A stretch of DNA of 64,000 nucleotides. Origin: Paludibacteraceae bacterium (lineage in GTDB: Bacteria > Bacteroidota > Bacteroidia > Bacteroidales > Paludibacteraceae). Where the stretch lies: positions 12,868 through 76,867 of the forward strand of contig CAJOCN010000004.1 in NCBI GenBank assembly GCA_905233255.1. Reading direction: 5' to 3'. Made by a program: the position numbers and the translations under genes. The stretch's first letter is position 1. Each line of letters opens with the position of its first letter. Positions 26,470 through 35,546 of the stretch are shown piece after piece. The notes under the pieces were generated by a model. That model searched no databases, was not told the origin of the DNA, and saw nothing but the letters and a program-made list of their open reading frames with translations.

Positions 26470-26898
26470 ATGAAAAAGTATCTGTTTATTATTTTAGGTA
26501 CCCTGCTGCTCGTGCCGGCTATGGCGCAGAGTCTGCTCACCCCCGAACAACTCGCTAAACGCGAGAAGAGAAAGAACCTGACCGTCAAGGAATGGAACAC
26601 CGACGCCAAATCCAAAACGCGCTGGTTGGACCATGTCAAGGTCTATGACGACCAGGGACGCTGCATCGAGGAGATCGAGTATGCTTCTTACGGCCAGCGC
26701 AGCCGCGTCACCAGCAAGTACGACGACGTCACCGGAAAAGTAGTGGAGGAAGTGGAGTACAACGACCGCAACCGCCCCGTACGTATCCGCAAATACGAGT
26801 GGAACGAAGATGGCACCAAAGCCAAGCAGTACAACTATCTGCCCAACGGAAAACTCTACTCCGTCAAAGTCTTCGAATATATCTTCTCGGACAAATAA
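26470..26898 (+). CDS. Small secreted protein with short beta-hairpin-like repeats
   Basis: Signal peptide MKKYLFIILGTLLLVPAMAQ. Repeated xEEIEY / xEEVEY / KYEW / VFEY units. Confidence 0.6.
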   Translation: MKKYLFIILGTLLLVPAMAQSLLTPEQLAKREKRKNLTVKEWNTDAKSKTRWLDHVKVYDDQGRCIEEIEYASYGQRSRVTSKYDDVTGKVVEEVEYNDRNRPVRIRKYEWNEDGTKAKQYNYLPNGKLYSVKVFEYIFSDK

Positions 26899-27020
26899 AT
26901 GCAGAGAGGACGATTTTTTTACTGTTTTTCTTGGATAATTCAAAAAAAAGTCGTATCTTTGCACAAAATTTGTAACGAACGGATAATTCACATTACTAAT
27001 TATATAAAAAACAACACATT

Positions 27021-27260
27021 ATGCGTACAACATTTAATCGCCTTCGTGCAGTAAAAGACAGTCTTCCTCACGGAAGTATGGACGCCATCGCAGCAGAGTT
27101 AGGTCTTAGTGGAGATGAGGTTAGAGCTTACTTCAATGGTGAAGGAAACGCTGACTACCATCTGGAGCCGGGTTTTGATGGCGGTATTGTTGATTTTACC
27201 AACACTCGTATTCTGGAGGTTGCCCTGCGTCGCGCATGGGAGGCTCAGAATGCGTTATAA
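27021..27260 (+). CDS. Small hypothetical protein (79 aa), possibly HTH-like
   Basis: Preceded by TAtcTTTG at 26954-26961. The segment MDAIAAELGLSGDEVRAYF is HTH-like. No family recognised. Confidence 0.4.
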   Translation: MRTTFNRLRAVKDSLPHGSMDAIAAELGLSGDEVRAYFNGEGNADYHLEPGFDGGIVDFTNTRILEVALRRAWEAQNAL

Positions 27261-27300
27261 GGCAGTGACCGCCCATCTGTTAACGGTTACAAAGAGAGTA

Positions 27301-28221
27301 ATGGCTCTGGTGCTTTGCATCGGAGCGTTACCTTTTGTATTTAGCGCGGGCGCGTACGCGGGAGAAAAGGCGAAAGGCAATATAAAGGCGAAAGGCGAAG
27401 GGTTGGTTAAAGGCGAAGGGTTAGAGGCGAAAGAGGCGAAAGAGGCGAAAGAGGAAAAGAGGGATATCGCACAATGGCTCTGGGAGGACTACAAAAAGCC
27501 GGTAGGGCTGACCTACAACGCCCAGGCAAGGTTACAAGCCTCCTACCTCTGGCGCGGTCTGTATGCCGGAGCAGCCAACATACAAGCCTCGGCGAACGTG
27601 GGCTACGGAGGGCTCTATCTGGATATGTGGTGGAACGTCGGCGTAACGGACTGGACTTTCCGCACATTCCAGCCGGAGGTCGATCTGAGTCTCGGTTTCA
27701 ACCGGTGGGGACTGGAGGTGTTTGTACTGTACGTGTATAATTTCAATACGGGCTTCTTCGATTTCGGCAATTATCCGAACAAGGGCAACCGCTTGGAGAT
27801 AGACGCCGCTTACACGCTGAGCAAAAAGATTCCGCTGAAGTTCCTGTGGTCGAGCCGCGTAGCCGCTTCGGATTGCTTTGTCAACGCCGCCGGAGACACC
27901 GTACGGGCGTTCTCCAGTTATTTCGAACTGAGTTATACCCATAACTTCCCGTTGGGGTTCAGTCTGTACGGAGCTGTCGGCATGACGCCATGGAAAAGTA
28001 TCTATAGCGACTTTGACAAGGATTTTGCGGTGGTGAATGTAGAACTCCGCGCACGCAAAGACTGGTCCGTAAGCACCCGTTGCGGCATGATGCTGCAAGT
28101 CCAGCTGACCGTCAACCCGAATGCGCTGGCAACCGACAGAGCCACCGCACGGTGGCACCCCTATGCACCCGAAGGGCAGAGCATAAACGCCAATATTACA
28201 TACGGAGTGTACTTGAAATAA
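27301..28221 (+). CDS. Outer-membrane beta-barrel protein, paralog 1 (TorF/Gcw_chp-like putative porin)
   Basis: Signal peptide MALVLCIGALPFVFSAGAYA (an alternative ATG is at 27250). Shares SYLWRGLY...ASANVGY and MTPWKSIYSDF...FAVVNVELR blocks with the next gene. A K/E/G-rich tract after the signal peptide is encoded by a short-repeat array. Confidence 0.6.
   Translation: MALVLCIGALPFVFSAGAYAGEKAKGNIKAKGEGLVKGEGLEAKEAKEAKEEKRDIAQWLWEDYKKPVGLTYNAQARLQASYLWRGLYAGAANIQASANVGYGGLYLDMWWNVGVTDWTFRTFQPEVDLSLGFNRWGLEVFVLYVYNFNTGFFDFGNYPNKGNRLEIDAAYTLSKKIPLKFLWSSRVAASDCFVNAAGDTVRAFSSYFELSYTHNFPLGFSLYGAVGMTPWKSIYSDFDKDFAVVNVELRARKDWSVSTRCGMMLQVQLTVNPNALATDRATARWHPYAPEGQSINANITYGVYLK
27365..27463. repeat. 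Degenerate AAAGGCG / AAAGAGGCG tandem array inside porin paralog 1
   Basis: Read directly. Translated as GEKAKGNIKAKGEGLVKGEGLEAKEAKEAKEEKR. Reverse-complement relatives occur at 17368-17418, and a short relative at 34614-34637. Confidence 0.85.
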
Positions 28222-28306
28222 TTTGAAGATTTGAAAATTTGAAGATTTGAAGATTTGAAAATTTGAAGATTTGAAAATTTGAAGATTTGAAAATTTGAAG
28301 ATTTGA
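28213..28306. repeat. Octamer array, (A/G)ATTTGAA x about 11
   Basis: Starts at the stop codon of porin paralog 1 and ends about 28 nt before the ATG of paralog 2. Eleven ATTTGA units by hand count. Confidence 0.95.
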
Positions 28307-28333
28307 TTCACAATTTATAATTTATAATTGAAA

Positions 28334-29212
28334 ATGAAAAAGGTATTAGTAATTGCCGCTGCGATGATGGCGGTGTTGATGTCCGCTTATGCGGAGGAGA
28401 AAAAGTCTCTCGTGACCTTCCAGTACGAAGCCGGCGCAGAAGTCGTCAGCTCGTATATCTGGCGTGGTCTGTACAACGGCGGTCTGAGTTTCCAACCGAC
28501 CGCCAGCGTGGGTTTTGACGCCGTGGATGAGGATATCCAGTTCCGCGTAGGTGTCTGGGCTTCGTTAGGTGCTTCCGACTGGCAGTTCAAGAAAGGTACG
28601 CCCGACGCCGACGGCAACAAGTACTACACGTATTTCGTGCCGGAGACGGACTTCATGGCGAGTCTGCGTCTGTGGGGTGCTACCCTGGGTGTAACCCACT
28701 ATTACTACTACGGCGGCGCACCTTTCTTCTCGGGCCTGACCGACGACGGCGGTAGCCAGACGGAGGTACAGATCGGTTATGACTTAGGACAGACATTGGA
28801 GAACGTGAACCTCTATTTCAACTGGTACTCCATCGTTGCCGGTAACGACGTTTACGAAGCAACAGACAAGGACGGCAATCCCTACGACAAACGCGCCTTT
28901 TCCAGTTACATCGAGATCGGCTACCGTCTGGATCTGATGTATGACATGACCTTAGAGTTCCAGCTCGGTATGACGCCGTGGAAGAGTCTCTACACGGACT
29001 ATGAAGGCGGTTTTGCAGTCAATAATATCTATGCCCGTTTCGGCAAGACATGGAACGTAAAGGAGATTTGCGACATCGAGCTCTTCGCATCGGGTAGCAT
29101 CAACACCTACAAAATAAACAAAGACAATCTCTTTGTCAATGCTGCCGGTGATGCCAAGATAGGCGGCACGCAGAGATTGAACGGTACCATCGGTGTTGGC
29201 TTCTGGTTCTGA
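28334..29212 (+). CDS. Outer-membrane beta-barrel protein, paralog 2 (TorF/Gcw_chp-like putative porin)
   Basis: Signal peptide MKKVLVIAAAMMAVLMSAYA. SYIWRGLYNGG and MTPWKSLYTDY blocks. C-terminal ...GVGFWF. ATG at 28334 is preferred to the TTG at 28328. Confidence 0.65.
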   Translation: MKKVLVIAAAMMAVLMSAYAEEKKSLVTFQYEAGAEVVSSYIWRGLYNGGLSFQPTASVGFDAVDEDIQFRVGVWASLGASDWQFKKGTPDADGNKYYTYFVPETDFMASLRLWGATLGVTHYYYYGGAPFFSGLTDDGGSQTEVQIGYDLGQTLENVNLYFNWYSIVAGNDVYEATDKDGNPYDKRAFSSYIEIGYRLDLMYDMTLEFQLGMTPWKSLYTDYEGGFAVNNIYARFGKTWNVKEICDIELFASGSINTYKINKDNLFVNAAGDAKIGGTQRLNGTIGVGFWF

Positions 29213-29245
29213 TGAAAGACTGAGAACATAGAAGACCCTTCCCGA

Positions 29246-29263
29246 CCTCCCCTAAAGGGGAGG
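29246..29263 (+). terminator. Stem-loop after porin paralog 2 (CCTCCCC-TAAA-GGGGAGG)
   Basis: Perfect 7-bp G+C-rich stem 34 nt after the stop. There is no downstream T-run, so terminator function is uncertain. Confidence 0.35.
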
Positions 29264-29301
29264 AGAAAAAAGCAAGAAAGTAGAGAATTTAGGATTGGAA
29301 T

Positions 29302-30360
29302 ATGGACAGACGGAAAGCTCGGATAGCAAGTGCGCTGATAGCCCTTGTAGTGGCGACGGTGTTCCTTCTCCTTCGGGATGAGGAGCCGTCGTTGCAGTTG
29401 TACCACAATGAGGGAAAGATGTTCGGCACGTACTACAACATCCGTTACCGGGGTACGGAGGATCTGCAAGACAGCATTCAGGCTGCTTTTAAGGCGTTCG
29501 ACAACAGTCTCTCGATGTTCAACCCGCACTCCACCCTCTCTGCCGTCAACGCCAACCGCGACACGGTGACTGACCCTTATTTTGAGGCGATGTGGGCGGA
29601 AGCGGAAAAGGTATATACCCTCTCCGACGGAGCTTTCGACATTACCGTCGCGCCGCTGGTGAACTACTGGGGTTTCGGAACGAAAAAGTCCAACAGCGCA
29701 AGCGGTCTTACAGGCGAAGCCGGTCTTTCAGCAGAGCGGTCTGACAGCGTTAGCGGTCTATTAGCGTTTGTGGGTTTTGAGAAAGTGCAACTGATTGACC
29801 ATAAGGTCGTTAAATCCGACCCGCGGGTACAGATAGACGGCGGAGCCGTAGCCAAAGGGCAAGCATGCGACATGATTGCCGCACTACTAAGCGGGCACGG
29901 ATGCGAGAACTACCTGGTGGACATCGGCGGCGAGATAGTGGCACAGGGAGAACGCGAGCCCGGAGAACCGTGGCGCGTGGGCATCACCAAACCCAAACTC
30001 AATAACGAAGGGGCAGAGAAAGACCTGCAGGAGATTCTGGCTGTCCGCAGCATATGTATGGCTACCAGCGGCAACTACCGCAATTTCTACTACGCCGGAG
30101 AGGAGCGCCGCAGTCACACCATCGACCCGCGCACCGGATACCCCGTGCAGCACTCCGTTCTCTCCGCAACCGTGGTTAGCACGTCCTGTATGCGGGCAGA
30201 CGCACTGGCTACCGCCTGTATGGTGCTCGGCGAAGAACAAGCACTCGAGATGATCGACCATGCCGGAGACGCTGCCTGCTACCTGTTAGTCGCTAAAGGA
30301 GACAGTTTAGTGGCTGTTCCTTCACAAAATTGGGCGAAAACACTCGAAAAATCAAAATAA
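29302..30360 (+). CDS. apbE: FAD:protein FMN transferase ApbE
   Basis: FDITVAPLVNYWGFG, GAVAKG, ATSGNYRNFY...SHTIDPRTGYPV and ADALATA are typical ApbE blocks. Contains an in-frame 18-nt repeat insertion. Confidence 0.9.
   Translation: MDRRKARIASALIALVVATVFLLLRDEEPSLQLYHNEGKMFGTYYNIRYRGTEDLQDSIQAAFKAFDNSLSMFNPHSTLSAVNANRDTVTDPYFEAMWAEAEKVYTLSDGAFDITVAPLVNYWGFGTKKSNSASGLTGEAGLSAERSDSVSGLLAFVGFEKVQLIDHKVVKSDPRVQIDGGAVAKGQACDMIAALLSGHGCENYLVDIGGEIVAQGEREPGEPWRVGITKPKLNNEGAEKDLQEILAVRSICMATSGNYRNFYYAGEERRSHTIDPRTGYPVQHSVLSATVVSTSCMRADALATACMVLGEEQALEMIDHAGDAACYLLVAKGDSLVAVPSQNWAKTLEKSK
29697..29768. repeat. Degenerate 18-nt repeat x4 (GCGGTCT core) inside apbE
   Basis: GCGGTCT/GCCGGTCT cores at about 29699, 29717, 29735 and 29753. 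Encodes SASGLTGEAGLSAERSDSVSGLLA. Confidence 0.7.
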
Positions 30361-30361
30361 A

Positions 30362-30393
30362 TTTGCATATCCCGAAAAAAAGCAGTACCTTTG
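30362..30393 (+). promoter_or_regulatory. Bacteroidetes-type promoter for bamD
   Basis: TTTG at 30362-30365, 20-nt spacer, TAccTTTG at 30386-30393. ATG at 30411. Confidence 0.6.
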
Positions 30394-30410
30394 CAGGCTA
30401 TTTTGGATAA

Positions 30411-31217
30411 ATGCGCACGAAAGCATACATCATATTACTGTTATTAACGGTGTTTCTCACGGGCTGTGGGGAATACCAGAAACTCTTGAAATCACGTGAC
30501 CCCGAGGAAAAATACCAAGCGGCGTTGCGGTATTTCAACGAGAAGCAGTATGTCAAGTCGCAGACCCTGCTGGACGATGTCAGCAATTACTACAGAGGCA
30601 CAGAGCGGTCGGAAGATGTGCTGGCGTATCTGGCACGCAGTTATATGGGGCAGAAGAGCTATGAGTCCGCCACCAGTTACTATCAGGCATATATCCGTAA
30701 CTACCCGAAAGGAAAGTATGCCGCCGAGGCGTATTTCCAAATCGGGCACTGCCAGTACCTCGACTCACCGGACGCCCGTCTCGACCAAGCTATCACACGC
30801 AATGCTATTGACGCTTTCACCCAGTTCGTGGAGCTCTACCCCGAGAGTCCGTATGCCGAGCAGGCATATCAGGAAATGAGTGAGATGTATGACAAACTGG
30901 CGCTCAAGGAACTCAAATCCGCACAGCTGTACTACAACCTCGGTACCTATTTAGGCAATAACTACCTCAGCTGCGAGATCACGGCGAAAAACGCACTCAA
31001 GAACTATCCCAGCAACAAGTATCAGGAGGATTTCAGCTGGCTGATCCTGCAAGCCAAGTACCAGCAACTGATCAATTCCTTCGAGGAACGCAAGATTGAG
31101 CGCGCTCGCGATGCACAGGACGAATACTACAACTTCGTCACCGAGTACCCCAACTCCAAACACCGCAAGGACGCGGAGAAAATGATGCAACAGATACGCA
31201 AATATACACAACAGTAA
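30411..31217 (+). CDS. bamD: Outer membrane protein assembly factor BamD (YfiO, TPR lipoprotein)
   Basis: Lipobox LTGC. TPR-like repeats. Conserved bamD-rpoZ-coaBC order. Confidence 0.85.
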   Translation: MRTKAYIILLLLTVFLTGCGEYQKLLKSRDPEEKYQAALRYFNEKQYVKSQTLLDDVSNYYRGTERSEDVLAYLARSYMGQKSYESATSYYQAYIRNYPKGKYAAEAYFQIGHCQYLDSPDARLDQAITRNAIDAFTQFVELYPESPYAEQAYQEMSEMYDKLALKELKSAQLYYNLGTYLGNNYLSCEITAKNALKNYPSNKYQEDFSWLILQAKYQQLINSFEERKIERARDAQDEYYNFVTEYPNSKHRKDAEKMMQQIRKYTQQ

Positions 31218-31236
31218 ATAATAAATACAAATCAAT

Positions 31237-31569
31237 ATGGATTACAAAAAATCAAAAGCACCCAAGAACACCATTACACGCGATTTGAACCAGCTCACCG
31301 AGCCGGTTGGAAACGTATATGAGATGGTGGCTATCATTGCTAAACGTGCCAACCAGATCAGCACAGGTATCAAACGTGAGTTAGATGCCAAACTGCAAGA
31401 TTTCTCCATTCCTCAGGACAACCTGGAGGAGACTTTCGAGAACCGCGAGCAGATTGAGATCAGCCGCCAGTACGAGCGTCTGCCCAAACCGACCCTGATG
31501 GCAACGCAGGAGTTCATCGACGGCGAACTCGTATATCGCTCCGGCAACCGCGACGAGGCGTTGAAATAA
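31237..31569 (+). CDS. rpoZ: DNA-directed RNA polymerase subunit omega (Bacteroidetes long form)
   Basis: 110 aa. [16 protein letters not shown] is a typical omega core. Position between bamD and coaBC. Confidence 0.65.
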   Translation: MDYKKSKAPKNTITRDLNQLTEPVGNVYEMVAIIAKRANQISTGIKRELDAKLQDFSIPQDNLEETFENREQIEISRQYERLPKPTLMATQEFIDGELVYRSGNRDEALK

Positions 31570-32781
31570 ATGCTCCAAGGCAAACACATCTTAGTGGGTA
31601 TCAGCGGCGGGATTGCTGCGTATAAAATACCTGAACTGATTCGTCTGCTCACCAAAGCCGGCGCCGAAGTGAAGGTGACTACAACGCAGAACGCCCTCCA
31701 ATTTGTTACCGAACTTACCCTGCAGACCGTCTCGGGAAGCAGGGTTTATTCCGATGTGTTCGCCGCCATCAACGACCACTCCACGGAACATATCTCCCTG
31801 CCCGACTGGTGCGACGCCATGATCGTTGCGCCCGCCACGGCAAACGTCCTCGCCAAGATGGCAAGCGGCATTGCGGACGATGCACTGACCACCACTATCT
31901 GCTCCTGCGTAGCACGCAAACCGATGGTGATCGCGCCCGCAATGAACGATAAGATGTGGGAGAACCCCGCCGTACAAAACGCTATCTCCACCATCCGAGG
32001 ATGGGAGAACGTTACCGTTCTCGAGCCCGCCGAAGGACTTTTAGCCTGTGGCACCAGCGGCAAAGGAAGAATGCCCGAGGTTGAGGAACTGCAGGAAGCC
32101 GTCAGATACGCACTGACGGAGCAATCCATGCGCGGCAAACACGTGCTCATTACCGCCGGCGGAACACAGGAGAAAATCGACCCCGTGCGGTTCGTCAGCA
32201 ACTACTCTACCGGAAAGATGGGCATCGCCCTCGCCGAAGCCTGCGCGCAAAGAGGCGCAGAGGTGACACTCGTCTGCGGACATATATCCGCCCCCATCCA
32301 CAACCCCATGGGACGGATCACACGTATCGACGCGCTCTCCGCACAGGAGATGTACGAAGCATGTACCAAAGCCTGGCCGACTCATGAGATAGCTATTCTC
32401 TCTGCGGCAGTAGCTGATTTCACCCCCGCAGACCCCGCCCCCGAGAAAATCAAGAAAGTCCCCGGGCAAGACACCATGAATCTGAAGATGGTCCTTGCGC
32501 CGGACATAGCCAAGGCCTTAGGCGAATCCAAACGAGCCGGACAACAGCTGATTGGTTTTGCACTGGAGACACAAAACGAAAAAGAGAATGCGCTCCGTAA
32601 ACTGGAACGCAAACACATGGACGCTATTGTGCTCAACTCCCTCAAAGACGCCGGAGCGGGCTTCGGGACGGACACGAATCGTGTGACGATACTGAAATCA
32701 GATGGGCAGTCGATCCTACTACCGTTGCAAACTAAAGCAACGATAGCCAACCAAATTATGGCGCATTTATGCGCTGAATAA
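31570..32781 (+). CDS. coaBC: Bifunctional phosphopantothenoylcysteine decarboxylase / phosphopantothenate-cysteine ligase
   Basis: [10 protein letters not shown] flavoprotein N-domain, PAMNDKMW, then [25 protein letters not shown] synthetase domain. Confidence 0.92.
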   Translation: MLQGKHILVGISGGIAAYKIPELIRLLTKAGAEVKVTTTQNALQFVTELTLQTVSGSRVYSDVFAAINDHSTEHISLPDWCDAMIVAPATANVLAKMASGIADDALTTTICSCVARKPMVIAPAMNDKMWENPAVQNAISTIRGWENVTVLEPAEGLLACGTSGKGRMPEVEELQEAVRYALTEQSMRGKHVLITAGGTQEKIDPVRFVSNYSTGKMGIALAEACAQRGAEVTLVCGHISAPIHNPMGRITRIDALSAQEMYEACTKAWPTHEIAILSAAVADFTPADPAPEKIKKVPGQDTMNLKMVLAPDIAKALGESKRAGQQLIGFALETQNEKENALRKLERKHMDAIVLNSLKDAGAGFGTDTNRVTILKSDGQSILLPLQTKATIANQIMAHLCAE

Positions 32782-32785
32782 GGTT

Positions 32786-33169
32786 TTATTTGAAGATTCC
32801 GAAGAGGCCTTTTCTCTTAGGCTCTTCCTCCTCAACAGGAGCCTCTACAGACGCTTCTTCACGTGCCTCCGGTACCCATTCCGGACGAGACTCAATCTCG
32901 CCTAACTGGTTCTGCACATAAGCTATTACATCTTGCAGGCCTTCCGTAAAGTGAGCAAAATCTTCTTTGTAGAGGAATACTTTGTGTTTCTCGAACGAAG
33001 GAGCCTCTCCTTCCTCGCTCTGACGACGCTTGCTCTCCGTGATCGAGAGATACAAATCGTTGTTACGCGCTTTGCGCACATCCAAATAGTAGATACGCTT
33101 TCCGGCCTTTACTGAACGGCTATACACGATCTCTTGCTCGCGTCTTTCTTCTTGGCTTTTTTCCATCAT
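32786..33169 (-). CDS. PUR-alpha-like DNA/RNA-binding protein (DUF3276)
   Basis: VYSRSVKAGKRIYYLDVRKARNNDLYLSITESKRR ... KHKVFLYKEDF matches the DUF3276 pattern. Confidence 0.75.
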   Translation of the reverse strand: MMEKSQEERREQEIVYSRSVKAGKRIYYLDVRKARNNDLYLSITESKRRQSEEGEAPSFEKHKVFLYKEDFAHFTEGLQDVIAYVQNQLGEIESRPEWVPEAREEASVEAPVEEEEPKRKGLFGIFK

Positions 33170-33196
33170 TTATCAGAATTTTGTATAAAAACGCTG

Positions 33197-33244
33197 CAAA
33201 GGTACGATTTTTTTTGGATATATGCAAATTTTTTTGTATCTTTG
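33197..33244. promoter_or_regulatory. Compact 48-bp bidirectional promoter (minus: DUF3276 gene; plus: nusB)
   Basis: Minus strand: -7 CAAAggTA at 33197-33204 and -33 CAAA at 33225-33228. Plus strand: -33 TTTG at 33213-33216 and -7 TAtcTTTG at 33237-33244. Both spacers are 20 nt. Confidence 0.6.
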
Positions 33245-33304
33245 CACGATTTTTTAGTTACGCGCGCTGTGCGCGTGCACATGCGAACATTATAAAAAGT
33301 ATAT

Positions 33305-34258
33305 ATGATTAACAGAACAATGGTCCGAACGCGCGTTATACAAACGCTGTTCGCTTACTACCAAGACGAGGAAAAAACGGCCGGAACGGCACGTAAGGAG
33401 TTGACGAAAAGTTTCGCAGACACCTATGACTTGTATTTTGCGTTACTGGATTTTGCGAACGAGCTCACGGCGTACGCGCAGAAACAACTCGAGGAACAGA
33501 TCGCACGGGCAAAAGCCACCCACTCCAACTGGCAGGCCAACAGGCGTTTCGTGCGGAACAGGCTGGCGCAGCAGATTTTCGACAACCGCGCACTCCGTAC
33601 CCGTGTACAAGAGCAGAGACTGAGTTGGGACAGTGGTATGTCCGCCATCATTGACACCTATAAAAGGCTGACGGAGAGCGATTTCTACCGCGAGTACATG
33701 GAGGCGGAGACCTGTTCATACGAGGATGACAAACGGGTCTGGAGACTGATCTATCAAAACCTGCTGACCAATAACGATGCGTTGGCGGAAGCCCTCGAGG
33801 AAATGGAACTGGTGCTCGATAAGACCAACTGGGCGATGGACGCAGATATCGTACTTAGTTATGTGATCAAGACCATCAAGCGCTTCAACGCAGAGAGCGA
33901 TCCCGGCACGCCGTTATTGGAGATGTTCGACAGTGAGGACGAGTGGCAGTTCGCCACCACACTGCTCCAGAAAGCCATTGAGGGACACGCTCAGTATGAG
34001 CAACTGATCAATACCCACCTCAAGGGCTGGGACGCAGACCGTATTGCGTACATGGACCGCGTCATCATCGAGACTGCTCTGGCGGAGATCCTCGAGTTCG
34101 AAGAAATAGCCCTGACTGTCTCCATGAACGAGTACATTGAGTTAGCCAAGACTTTCTCCGGCGACAAGAACTACATGTTCATCAACGGTATCCTCACGGA
34201 GATCCTTCGCGACCTCAAGAACGACGGTGCATTCTTCAAAGTTTTAGCACTGAAATAA
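33305..34258 (+). CDS. nusB: Transcription antitermination factor NusB (long Bacteroidetes form)
   Basis: The N-terminal RTRVIQTLFAYYQ and C-terminal DRIAYMDRVIIETALAEILEF...VSMNEYIELAKTFS...FINGIL are NusB blocks. Confidence 0.85.
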   Translation: MINRTMVRTRVIQTLFAYYQDEEKTAGTARKELTKSFADTYDLYFALLDFANELTAYAQKQLEEQIARAKATHSNWQANRRFVRNRLAQQIFDNRALRTRVQEQRLSWDSGMSAIIDTYKRLTESDFYREYMEAETCSYEDDKRVWRLIYQNLLTNNDALAEALEEMELVLDKTNWAMDADIVLSYVIKTIKRFNAESDPGTPLLEMFDSEDEWQFATTLLQKAIEGHAQYEQLINTHLKGWDADRIAYMDRVIIETALAEILEFEEIALTVSMNEYIELAKTFSGDKNYMFINGILTEILRDLKNDGAFFKVLALK

Positions 34259-34276
34259 CATTTAATTTTTAACTAT

Positions 34277-34615
34277 ATGACACTCAATTTGATTTTATTG
34301 CAGGCAGAAGGCGCTGCACAGCAGAGTCAGTGGTCCTTCTGGATCATGATGATTCTTATTTTCGTAGTATTCTATTTCTTTATGATTCGTCCGCAGACCA
34401 AGAAGCAGAAAGAGCTTCAGGCGCAGCGCGAGGCTATGAAGAAAGGCGATAAGGTAGTGACCGCCGGCGGTATTTACGGCGAGATCAAGGAGGTTCAGGA
34501 AACCACTTTTATCATCACTATCGCTAAAGACGTCACCATCAAAGTAAGCAAAGACAGTGTCTTCGCAGACGCCGCTGACGCGCAGCAAGCTGCCGCTAAG
34601 GAAGAGAAGAAATAA
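34277..34615 (+). CDS. yajC: Preprotein translocase subunit YajC
   Basis: Single TM helix followed by FFMIRPQTKKQKE...MKKGDKVVTAGGIYGEIKEV. Confidence 0.9.
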   Translation: MTLNLILLQAEGAAQQSQWSFWIMMILIFVVFYFFMIRPQTKKQKELQAQREAMKKGDKVVTAGGIYGEIKEVQETTFIITIAKDVTIKVSKDSVFADAADAQQAAAKEEKK

Positions 34616-34631
34616 AGGCGAAAGGTTAGAG

Positions 34632-35546
34632 GTGAAACGGGACGTTTGGACATTTCTGCTCTTTCTCGTTCTGGCTACCGCCCTGTGGTATGGCCACGCG
34701 ATGCAGTCCGTGCGTAACACGCGCGTACCGGTATTGATCCAATATACCGGTAAACCGGGTGCTATCGGGCTCCAATCGCCGGGACTGCCGGACACCGTAA
34801 TGATCGAGGTACGGGACGCGGGTGCGCGACTCAATACATACCACCGCGATCCGTTGCGTCTAACCATCGATCTAAGGTCATATATCCATGGAGAGAAAGG
34901 TACCATTCATGTTCCGTCTGATGCTTTAAGACGCAGTATCAGCGATATTCTGCAGGGTACAAGCAGGCTCATTGAGACCCGCCCGGAAGAAATCTCCTGC
35001 GACTATTTCACCGAACAGGAAAAGAGCGTAATGGTGATCTTTGACGGAGAGGTGAATCCCGCGCGGGAATACCAACTGGTGAGCGGTCCCACTCTCTCCC
35101 GCAAGCGTATCAAGATTTACGGCGAGGACAAAACCCTCAACTCCATCGACACCATCTATACGGAGCCGGTGGTACTGGATAACCTGATGGACACTACAGA
35201 TACACGCCTCGCTATCATCACACCTCATAACACGCGGGCGGAGATCGACAGCGTTGACGCGCGCATCGTCACAGAGCGTTTCACGGAGAAGAAAATCATC
35301 GTCCCGATACACGTTAGAGGAGTACCGGAAGGCTGTCACATAAGGCTCTTCCCGAAAGAAGTGGAGGTCAACGCCCGCGTAGGCATCAGCCATTTCCAGC
35401 AGGTACAAGCCTCGGATATCAAAGCCACTTGTACCTATTCGCCCGGATATACGGACAAACTGGACGTCGATATCTATTACACCAACCCTTATATCACCAC
35501 GGCTTGGGCATACCCGAGCACGGTAGAATTTATATTGGAGCAATGA
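34632..35546 (+). CDS. YbbR-like domain protein
   Basis: N-terminal TM segment (DVWTFLLFLVLATALWYG) followed by repeated beta-rich modules. Position after nusB-yajC. The start is uncertain, and I suggest the GTG at 34632. Confidence 0.6.
   Translation: MKRDVWTFLLFLVLATALWYGHAMQSVRNTRVPVLIQYTGKPGAIGLQSPGLPDTVMIEVRDAGARLNTYHRDPLRLTIDLRSYIHGEKGTIHVPSDALRRSISDILQGTSRLIETRPEEISCDYFTEQEKSVMVIFDGEVNPAREYQLVSGPTLSRKRIKIYGEDKTLNSIDTIYTEPVVLDNLMDTTDTRLAIITPHNTRAEIDSVDARIVTERFTEKKIIVPIHVRGVPEGCHIRLFPKEVEVNARVGISHFQQVQASDIKATCTYSPGYTDKLDVDIYYTNPYITTAWAYPSTVEFILEQ

Noticed and set aside
26130-26639. 169-codon minus-strand ORF
   Set aside because: It crosses a plus-strand promoter and the start of a signal-peptide-bearing gene. 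Its sequence is low-complexity and AT-driven (YYYIIYYM).
27532-28311. 259-codon minus-strand ORF across porin paralog 1 and the octamer array (N-terminus QIFKSSNFQIFKSSNF)
   Set aside because: Its N-terminus is just the translated repeat array, and the rest is antisense to a gene with a paralog and a signal peptide.
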